Assembly (NCBI GenBank): GCA_044222065.1
Contig: JBGAOA010000009.1
Span: 14,061-78,060, forward strand
Length of the DNA: 64,000 bases
Direction of reading: 5' to 3'
Origin: Candidatus Eiseniibacteriota bacterium
GTDB lineage: Bacteria; Eisenbacteria; RBG-16-71-46
Numbering within the stretch: the first letter of the stretch is position 1; every line of letters begins with the position of its first letter. Positions 57,105 to 64,000 of this stretch are shown one piece after another. The translations under genes were made by a program, and so were the position numbers. The notes under the pieces were generated by a model, which was given only the letters and a program-made list of their open reading frames with translations, had not been told where the DNA came from and ran no database searches.

Positions 57105-57890
57105 TCAGGCGCCGCCGCGCTCGCGCGGCCCGGCGCCGGGCGCGGGAGCGGGAGCGCCGAGCGCGCGCAGGAACTTCCGATCCTCGGGGCTCAACGCTTC
57201 GGCCGCGAGCAGATCCGGCCGGCGCTCGAACGTGCGGCGCAGCGACTGCTCGCGCCGCCAGCGCGCGATCTTCGCGTGATTGCCCGAGAGCAGGACGTCC
57301 GGCACGGTCCAGCCCTCGTGGTCGGCGGGCCGCGTGTAGTAGGGCGCGTCGAGCAGCCCCGAGTGGAACGAGTCCGACTCGACCGAGTCGAAGTCCGACA
57401 CGACGCCCGGCAGCAGCCGCGCGACGGCGTCCGTCACGCACAGCGCCGCGGGCTCCCCGCCCGAGAGCACGAAGTCGCCGAGCGAAAGCTCGCCGTCCGC
57501 GAGGTGCTCGGCGACGCGCTCGTCCACGCCCTTGTAGCGGCCGCACACGAGCACCAGGTGATCGAGCCGCGCGAATTCGAGCGCGACGGGCTGCGCGAAC
57601 GCGCGGCCCTGCGGCGAGAGCAGCAGCACGAGAGTTCCCGCGGGGCGCGCGCCCTTCGCGCCGACGCCGAGGCTCGCGAGCGCGCGCTGGATCGGCTCGA
57701 CCTTCATCACCATGCCGGCGCCGCCGCCGAACGGGTAGTCGTCGGTCGTGCGATGGGTGTCGGTCGTGAAGTCCCGCAGACCCACGACCGCGACCTCGAG
57801 CTGGCCCTTCTCGCGCGCCGCGCGGATCATCCCCTCGGCGAGCGCCGGCGGAAAGAGATCCGGGAAGATGGTGAGGATCGAGATCTTCAT
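57105..57890 (-). CDS. trmD: tRNA (guanine37-N1)-methyltransferase
   Basis: DDYPFGGGAGMV, LSPQG, CGRYKGVDERV, SLGDFVLSGGE. Confidence 0.97.
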   Translation of the reverse strand: MKISILTIFPDLFPPALAEGMIRAAREKGQLEVAVVGLRDFTTDTHRTTDDYPFGGGAGMVMKVEPIQRALASLGVGAKGARPAGTLVLLLSPQGRAFAQPVALEFARLDHLVLVCGRYKGVDERVAEHLADGELSLGDFVLSGGEPAALCVTDAVARLLPGVVSDFDSVESDSFHSGLLDAPYYTRPADHEGWTVPDVLLSGNHAKIARWRREQSLRRTFERRPDLLAAEALSPEDRKFLRALGAPAPAPGAGPRERGGA

Positions 57891-57915
57891 GGCGTCCGTC
57901 CGCGCCGCGCGCGGG

Positions 57916-58422
57916 TCACAGCTCCTCGAGTCCGGCCGGCACGCGCACCGTGATGACGCGCGCCGCCATGTCCACGTTCCGCACGACGTCGGCGATCGCC
58001 GGCAGCAGCAGCTCGCGCTCCCCGCGCACGACGTACACGTCGTTCGCTCCGGTGCGGAACACTTCCGCGAGCGTCCCAAGGCTGCGGCCGCCCTCTTCGC
58101 GCACGTCCATGCCGACGAGCTGGAACGTGTAGGCCACGCCGGGCCCCGGATCGGGCAGGCTCGCTTCGTCCGCCCACAGCTCGCCGAGCCCGAGTCCCGC
58201 GGCCGTGTCGCGGTCGGCGACCTCGGCGAACGTCACGAGTACGCGCGCGTTCATGGGGCGGGCGCGCTCGAGCGTGAGCGCGCGCTCGTCGAGGCCGCGC
58301 TTGCGCCACACGAACGACTTCACGCGGAGCAACTCCTCGCTCGTGAGCGAGGCCCCCTCGAGCGTCATCTCGCCCGCGAGGCCGTGGGCCCGGCCGATCC
58401 TGCCGATTCGAACGAGCGCCAT
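57916..58422 (-). CDS. rimM: 16S rRNA processing protein RimM
   Basis: IGRIGRAHGLAGE, TGANDVYVV, ELLLPAI. Confidence 0.93.
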   Translation of the reverse strand: MALVRIGRIGRAHGLAGEMTLEGASLTSEELLRVKSFVWRKRGLDERALTLERARPMNARVLVTFAEVADRDTAAGLGLGELWADEASLPDPGPGVAYTFQLVGMDVREEGGRSLGTLAEVFRTGANDVYVVRGERELLLPAIADVVRNVDMAARVITVRVPAGLEEL

Positions 58423-58468
58423 CGTTCACGTCCCGGCGACGCGTGCCGCCGTCGCGTCCGGAACGAAC

Positions 58469-58759
58469 CTAGTCCGCGATCTCGAGATCGGCGTTGCGGT
58501 CGATCTTCGCGGCCGCGGCGTCGAGGCAGAGCCGCATCGAGCGCGCGGTCCGGCCCTGCTTGCCGATGACGTGTCCGAGGTCGTCGGGATGCACGAGCAG
58601 TTCGAAGCGCGCATCGCGTCCGGCCGACAGGATCTCGACGCTGACCTCGTCGGGATGGTCCACGAGGCCCTTCGCCATGAACACGACGAGTTCCTGGAGG
58701 CGCTGGTCCTCGGCATCGGGCTCGCGCGGCGGCTGCGCGGCGCGCGGCGCGCCGATCAC
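58469..58759 (-). CDS. khpA: KH-domain RNA-binding protein
   Basis: LVDHPDEV, DLGHVIGKQGRTARSMR; GTG start overlaps the upstream TGA. Confidence 0.9.
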   Translation of the reverse strand: MIGAPRAAQPPREPDAEDQRLQELVVFMAKGLVDHPDEVSVEILSAGRDARFELLVHPDDLGHVIGKQGRTARSMRLCLDAAAAKIDRNADLEIAD

Positions 58760-59784
58760 TTCGACGGGGGTGCTGGGGACCGCGGACTGAGGGGCACGGA
58801 CGATAGACTGAGCCCGCTCGGCAGACACGTCGCCGACCACAGGCCCCACGCCAGCATCGCCGGTCCCGGACGGTTGAGCCACAGGACCACGAGACCGGCG
58901 GCGCAGAGGACGGCCGTACTGCACCACACCAGGATCACGGTTCGAATCGGACATTTCAGGACACTCGCCAGTCGGTGGTTGGTGTGGTCCTTGCCGCCTT
59001 CGTACACGGGACGACCGTCGCGAAGCCGCGTGACCACGACGAAGATCATGTCGAACGCGGGGTAGCCGAGCATCAGCGCGATTCCCGCGAGGCCCCAGCC
59101 CGGCGGCGAGGAAGCGGCCGCGAGCAGCGCCGAAGCGCCGAGACTATAGCCGATCACGAGGCTGCCCGCGTCCCCGAGGAAGATCGAGGCCTTCGGGAAG
59201 TTGGAGCGCAGGAAACCCGCCGCCGCCCCCGCGAGGGCGAACTGCGCGGCCGCGAGCCCGGGGGCGCCGTGCGTCGCCGAGTGGAAGCCGAACGCGGTGA
59301 GCGCCACCGCCGCGATGCCGCCGACCATGCCGTTCATGTTGTCGAGGAAGTTCACGGCGTTCATGAGCGCGATCATCAGGAACACGCACACGGCCCACGT
59401 GACCGGCACGGGCAGCGGCAGCGGCGGAAGCGCGCCGCTCGCGAGCGCGAGCGCGGCCGCGAGCGCCTGCCCGCCGAGCTTCACCGACGGCCGCATGCCG
59501 AAGCGATCGTCCACGAGGCCGAGCGTCAGCGCGACGCACGCGCCGCCGAGCAGGAACAGCGAGCGCGGATCGGTCGTGCCGTGCGCGATCGAGCGCGCGA
59601 GCCACCAGCCGAGAAGCGCCGCGGCGAACACGGCCGCGCCGCCGAGCAGCGCCGTCGCGTCGAGGTGGAGCTTCCGCGCCGCGGGGCGGTCGAGGTAGTC
59701 GCTCGCCCACGCGAGCCGTCGCGCGAGCGGCGTGAGGGCGAGCGCGAAGATCAGCGACGAGGCGAACGCGAGCGGGATGGCCAT
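58756..59784 (-). CDS. MraY/WecA/TagO-family polyprenyl-phosphate sugar-1-phosphate transferase
   Basis: LGLVDD, NAVNFLDNMNG, NFPKASIFLGDAGS, DHTNHRL. Confidence 0.92.
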   Translation of the reverse strand: MAIPLAFASSLIFALALTPLARRLAWASDYLDRPAARKLHLDATALLGGAAVFAAALLGWWLARSIAHGTTDPRSLFLLGGACVALTLGLVDDRFGMRPSVKLGGQALAAALALASGALPPLPLPVPVTWAVCVFLMIALMNAVNFLDNMNGMVGGIAAVALTAFGFHSATHGAPGLAAAQFALAGAAAGFLRSNFPKASIFLGDAGSLVIGYSLGASALLAAASSPPGWGLAGIALMLGYPAFDMIFVVVTRLRDGRPVYEGGKDHTNHRLASVLKCPIRTVILVWCSTAVLCAAGLVVLWLNRPGPAMLAWGLWSATCLPSGLSLSSVPLSPRSPAPPSK

Positions 59785-59818
59785 GCTCCGGGGGGACGGA
59801 TCGGCCGCGGTGCGCGCG

Positions 59819-60817
59819 TCAGGCGGTCGCGAGGCCCGAGGGCACCGGACGCCCCATCGCCTCGCACGTGTCGCGGATCGTCAGCTCGAGCAGCTCGTCG
59901 AGCGACACCGCCGGGCGATAGCCCGTGAAGCGCTCGATCTTCCGAAGGTCCGGCACGCGGCGCCGCATGTCCTCGAAGGAGCTGCCGTAGATCTCTTCGT
60001 AGGGCACGAACTCGATCGGCGAAGCGCTCGAGCACAGGCGCTTCACGCGCTGCGCGAGTTCCAGCACCGTCACTTCCTCGTCGGTGCCGATGTTGAAGAT
60101 CTCGCCCTCGGCCTCGCGACGGTCGGCGAGCATCAGGACACCGCGCACGACATCGTCCACCGCCGAGAAGCAGCGCGACTGCTGGCCATCGCCGTAGACG
60201 AGGATCGGCTCGCCGCGCAGCGCGCGCACGATCATGTTCGGGATCACCATGCCGTAGGCGCCGGTCTGACGCGGTCCGCAGGTGTTGAAGCAGCGCACCA
60301 CGACGACGGGCAGCTGGCGCTGCTGCCAGTACGACTGCGCGAGGCACTCGTCCACGGCCTTGCCGCACGCGTACGACCAGCGCAGCTTGTGCGTCGGTCC
60401 CATGAGGCGGTCGTCGTCCTCGGCGAACGGCACCGAGACGCCCTTGCCGTAAACCTCGCTGCTCGAGAACAGGATCACCTTGCGACCGTGCTGGCTCGCG
60501 GCCTCGAGCACGACTTCGGTGCCGCGGATGTTCGTCAGCAGCGAGCGGAGCGGGTTCTCGAGCACGTAGCGGACGCCGACCGCGGCGGCGAGGTGGAACA
60601 CTCGCTCGCACTGGGCGACGAGGCCGTGGACCAGCGCCGAGTCGGTGACGTCACCTTCGAGGAATCGGAAACGCGGGTGGAGTTCGAACGAGCGGAGGTT
60701 CTCGATGCGCCCCGTGGAGAGATCGTCGAGGGCCCAGACGTCGTGGCCGCGCTCGAGGAGTTGCTCGCAAAGATGGGAGCCGATGAACCCCGCACCTCCT
60801 GTGACGAGGATCCGCAT
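59819..60817 (-). CDS. NAD-dependent nucleotide-sugar epimerase/dehydratase
   Basis: VTGGAGFIGSHL, HLAAAVGV, SSSEVYGK, YACGK, FNTCGPRQ. Confidence 0.93.
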   Translation of the reverse strand: MRILVTGGAGFIGSHLCEQLLERGHDVWALDDLSTGRIENLRSFELHPRFRFLEGDVTDSALVHGLVAQCERVFHLAAAVGVRYVLENPLRSLLTNIRGTEVVLEAASQHGRKVILFSSSEVYGKGVSVPFAEDDDRLMGPTHKLRWSYACGKAVDECLAQSYWQQRQLPVVVVRCFNTCGPRQTGAYGMVIPNMIVRALRGEPILVYGDGQQSRCFSAVDDVVRGVLMLADRREAEGEIFNIGTDEEVTVLELAQRVKRLCSSASPIEFVPYEEIYGSSFEDMRRRVPDLRKIERFTGYRPAVSLDELLELTIRDTCEAMGRPVPSGLATA

Positions 60818-60922
60818 GGACCACCCTCCGTGTCTCGTTCCTTCGCCGTGAGCGAGTGCGGCGAGCCTGCGGCGGCCCCTCCGGCAATCCGTACCGGGGC
60901 TCCCTGACAGCATTCGGGCCGC

Positions 60923-60952
60923 AGGCTAGTCAAGCCATCAACCCGGTGTCAA
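60923..60952 (-). promoter_or_regulatory. Putative sigma70 promoter for epimerase-MraY-like-khpA-rimM-trmD
   Basis: TTGACA-N18-TAGCCT preceded by a T-tract. Confidence 0.6.
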
Positions 60953-61089
60953 CAAAAACGCTTGGGCCGGAAGGGATTTCCCGATCGTCGTTCGACGGTC
61001 GGAGGCCCAATCGATGAACGACTCGGCGGCGGGTTTGTCACGGACCCGGGCTGGACGCTGCCGTCCCCCCCGGATAGGTTCGCGCCCCC

Positions 61090-62310
61090 GTGTCCCGCCC
61101 GCCCGATTCGTCCGCCGCCCCGCCCGCGCCCGACCCCCTCCGAGATCGGCTCCTTCCGCTCTCGAATTCAGCATTCGTTGTGCTGGCGCTCGTGCTCCCC
61201 TGGACCATCGCCCCGATGGGAATCGCGACCGGCCTGTGCCTCGCCGCGACCCTGCCCCTGTGGCTCGGACGCCGCGACCTCCGTCCTGCTCCTACCCCGC
61301 TCGCCCTGCCGGCGCTGCTTTGGATCGTGGCGCTCGTCCTGTCGGCGGCCTTCGCCGTGGACCGGGCGGGAAGCCTCCCGAGGCTCGGCAAGGCGCTGTT
61401 CCCGCCGCTCGCGATCCTCGCCGCCTTCCACGCCGCACGCCCCGCCACCGGCCGCCGCGCGGTCGCGGCCTACCTCGCCTCGAGCGCGCTCGCGAGCGCG
61501 TTCGGACTCGCGCTGTTCGTCGCGAAGGGCGCGAGCTTCCATTCCCGGGCGCGCGGCGCCGTCGGCCACTACATCACGTTCGCGGGCCAGTGCCTGCTCG
61601 TGCTGTGCCTCGCGGCGGGGATCGCGCTGGTCGTTCGCGACCGGCGCTGGCGGACGGGCGCGCTCGTGAGCGGCGCCCTCGCGGCGCTCGCGCTCGGCGC
61701 CACGTTCACGCGCGGCGCCTGGGTCGGCGCCGCCCTGGGACTCGCGACGCTCGCCGGCGTCGCGAAGCCGCGCAGGATCCCGCTCCTCGCCGGAGCGATC
61801 GTGCTCGCCGTCGTCCTCGCCCCCGCGCCCTACCGTGCGCGCCTCGCGAGCATCGCGAACCCGGCCGATGCGACGAACCGCGAGCGCACGCTCATGTGGG
61901 AAGCCGGCGGGCGGATGTTCCGCGACCACCCCGTGACGGGCGTCGGGCTCATGGACCTGAAGCCGCTCTACGAACGCTACCGCTCGCCCGAGGCGACCGA
62001 GCGCGCCGGCCACCTCCACAGCGTGCCGGTGCACCTCGCGGCGACGACGGGCGTCGTCGGCCTCGTCGCGTACGCGGCGCTCGCGGTCGGGCTGCTGGCC
62101 TCCGCGTTCGCCGGCGCGCGCGCGACGCTCGCGCGCGGCGGTCTCGCCGCCGGCGTGCGGCTCGGGATCGGCGCCGCGATCGTCGCGTTCCTCGTCGCGG
62201 GGCTGTTCGAATGGAACCTCGGCGACGAGGAGCTGCTCTACCCGCTCTACGCGCTCGCCGGGATCGCCTGGGCCGCGCGCGACTGGCCGGCGGACGAGGC
62301 CTCGGCGTGA
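61090..62310 (+). CDS. O-antigen ligase (Wzy_C) family membrane protein
   Basis: TFTRGAW, R..MW...MFRDHPVTGVG, HLHS; many TMs. Confidence 0.88.
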   Translation: MSRPPDSSAAPPAPDPLRDRLLPLSNSAFVVLALVLPWTIAPMGIATGLCLAATLPLWLGRRDLRPAPTPLALPALLWIVALVLSAAFAVDRAGSLPRLGKALFPPLAILAAFHAARPATGRRAVAAYLASSALASAFGLALFVAKGASFHSRARGAVGHYITFAGQCLLVLCLAAGIALVVRDRRWRTGALVSGALAALALGATFTRGAWVGAALGLATLAGVAKPRRIPLLAGAIVLAVVLAPAPYRARLASIANPADATNRERTLMWEAGGRMFRDHPVTGVGLMDLKPLYERYRSPEATERAGHLHSVPVHLAATTGVVGLVAYAALAVGLLASAFAGARATLARGGLAAGVRLGIGAAIVAFLVAGLFEWNLGDEELLYPLYALAGIAWAARDWPADEASA

Positions 62311-63467
62311 AGCTCGCGCTCGTCCACGACTGGCTCACCGGCATGCGAGGCGGCGAACGCGTGCTCGAGAGGCTGTGCGGGCTCTTCCCCGACGCCGACC
62401 TCTTCACGCTCGTCTGGAAGCGCGGCGCGATGACGCCCGCGATCGAGCGCCGCCGCATCACGACCTCGTTCCTGCAGCGCTTCCCGGACGCCGAGCGGCG
62501 CTACCGCTGGTTCCTGCCGTTGTTCCCGGCCGCGATCGAGTCGCTCGACCTGTCGGACTACGACGCCGTCGTCTCGACGAGCCACGCGGTCGCGAAGTCG
62601 GTGAAGACGCGGCCCGGGACCTTCCACCTGAGCTACGTGCTCACGCCGATGCGCTACATCTGGGAGCTCGAGTCGCAGTACTTCCCGCCCGGGCGCTTCC
62701 CCGCGCCGCTGCAGGCGTTCGTGCGCGCGACGTGCGCGCGGCTGCGGAGCTGGGACGCGGCGACGGCGTCGCGCGCCGACGTGATGATCGGGATCTCGGA
62801 CTACATCGCCGCGCGCATCCGCCGCCACTACGGGCGCGAGGCCGAGGTGATCTACCCGCCGGTGGAGCTCGCGCGCTTCCGCCCCGCGGAAGGTCCGCGC
62901 GACTACTGGCTGCTCTCGGGCGCGATGGCGCCCTACAAGCGCGGCGACCTCGCGATCGCGGCGTGCGCCGCGCTCGGCGCGAAGCTCGTCGTCGCGGGCA
63001 CCGGTCCCATGGAGTCCGAGCTGCGCGCGATCGCGGGACCGAACGTGGAATTCCGGCGCGGCTGGCTCACGGACGACGCGTTCGCGGCCCTCTACGCCGG
63101 CGCGCGCGGTCTGCTGTTCCCGGGCGAGGAGGACTTCGGCATCGTCCCGCTCGAGGCGATGGCGAGCGGCTGCCCGGTCGTCGCGTTCGGCGCGGGCGGC
63201 GCGCTCGAGACCGTCGGCCGCGGCGCGGACGCCGCCTCGCTCGGCGCGGTGCGCGCCGGGGGCGTCGCGCGCGTTCCGGGCGGCGCGTTGTTCGGCGCGC
63301 AGACGGTCGAATCCGTGTGCGCGGCGATGCGGCTCGTCGAGGCGGCCCCGCCCGCGCCCGAGGCGCTGGCCGCCGCCGCGCGGCCGTTCGCGGCCGAACG
63401 CTTCGACGCCGAGTTCCGCGCGGCGTTCGAGCGTCACCACGCGGCGTGGCGCGCCGCGCGGCGCTGA
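62307..63467 (+). CDS. GT4 glycosyltransferase
   Basis: KLALVHDWLTGMRGGERV, VIYPPV, EDFGIVPLEAMASG. Confidence 0.93.
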   Translation: MKLALVHDWLTGMRGGERVLERLCGLFPDADLFTLVWKRGAMTPAIERRRITTSFLQRFPDAERRYRWFLPLFPAAIESLDLSDYDAVVSTSHAVAKSVKTRPGTFHLSYVLTPMRYIWELESQYFPPGRFPAPLQAFVRATCARLRSWDAATASRADVMIGISDYIAARIRRHYGREAEVIYPPVELARFRPAEGPRDYWLLSGAMAPYKRGDLAIAACAALGAKLVVAGTGPMESELRAIAGPNVEFRRGWLTDDAFAALYAGARGLLFPGEEDFGIVPLEAMASGCPVVAFGAGGALETVGRGADAASLGAVRAGGVARVPGGALFGAQTVESVCAAMRLVEAAPPAPEALAAAARPFAAERFDAEFRAAFERHHAAWRAARR

Positions 63468-63896
63468 TCAGGCCAGCAGCGTCGCGCGCGCGTCGTCGTC
63501 GAGCACGACGGTGAGCGCGCGGCCGCACGACTCGCAGCGGAACGACACGTCGTCGCGCGCCCGGCCCTCGATCGCGGTGTCGATCGCCGCGGCGCACGCG
63601 GGGCACGCACCACGCACGCGCCGGAGCTTCGCGCGCTGCTGGATCGCGGCCGAGAACAGCACCGGCCCGGCGAGCAGCAGCGACGGCACGAGCACCCAGT
63701 GCAGCAGCGGCACGAACACGGCCGCGACCGCCAATCCCCACGCGATGCCGAGGTGGCGGAGCGCGCGGCGCAGTCGCGCGGGCCGGTCGAAGCGCGTCGC
63801 TTCGACCTCGGCGCGCGTCGCCTCGCGGCTCGGGTAGCGCAGCGTCGCGCCGATCGTGTGCGCGGCGGCGCCCGGGCGGGCGGGCGTGTCGGACAT
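63468..63896 (-). CDS. Two-TM membrane protein with C-terminal zinc ribbon
   Basis: FVPLLHWVLVP hydrophobic hairpin; CPAC...CESC; AGGAGG RBS. Confidence 0.75.
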   Translation of the reverse strand: MSDTPARPGAAAHTIGATLRYPSREATRAEVEATRFDRPARLRRALRHLGIAWGLAVAAVFVPLLHWVLVPSLLLAGPVLFSAAIQQRAKLRRVRGACPACAAAIDTAIEGRARDDVSFRCESCGRALTVVLDDDARATLLA

Positions 63897-63916
63897 CGGA
63901 ACCTCCTGCGCGGCGC

Positions 63917-64000
63917 CTAGGGAAGACGGCGGTAGACGGCCTCCGTGCGTTCGACGATGCGGTCCCAGTGGAAGTCGTCGGGCAAGCCGGCGCCGCGCGG
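63917..64000 (-). CDS. 3' end of a probable GT4 glycosyltransferase (partial)
   Basis: Manual translation ...DDFHWDRIVERTEAVYRRLP*. Confidence 0.6.
   Translation of the reverse strand, partial: PRGAGLPDDFHWDRIVERTEAVYRRLP

Overview
Very GC-rich bacterial chromosomal window (roughly 70-75% GC by eye) of about 64 tightly packed, often ATGA/GTGA-coupled genes. I saw no mobile element, CRISPR array, tRNA or rRNA. Outer-membrane proteins and several secreted proteins with FlgD-Ig/T9SS-like C-termini suggest a diderm of the FCB group such as Ca. Eisenbacteria (inference). Main blocks: (1) a TolC, two PhnD-like binding proteins and a sensor histidine kinase whose gene is frameshifted by a 7-bp duplication; (2) tgt-yajC-def-fmt-rsmB-PASTA-[ECF sigma/Spy module]-rpe-ffh-rpsP; (3) a dispersed acyl-CoA metabolism region with biotin carboxylase, BCCP, epimerase, MeaB, thiolase, Hbd, three acyl-CoA dehydrogenases and two split B12 mutase large subunits (one with methylmalonyl-CoA Tyr/Arg signature residues, one with isobutyryl-CoA Phe/Gln residues), but only one B12-binding subunit, which carries a histone-H1-like tandem-repeat tail; (4) a DprE1/DprE2-like pair; (5) an indel-riddled patch at about 46.6-47.5 kb; (6) khpA-rimM-trmD-rplS-rnhB-yraN, detached from ffh-rpsP and placed behind envelope-glycan genes. 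Recurrent sigma70-like, sigma28-like and ECF-like promoter motifs are visible. All calls come from motif recognition, not database searches.
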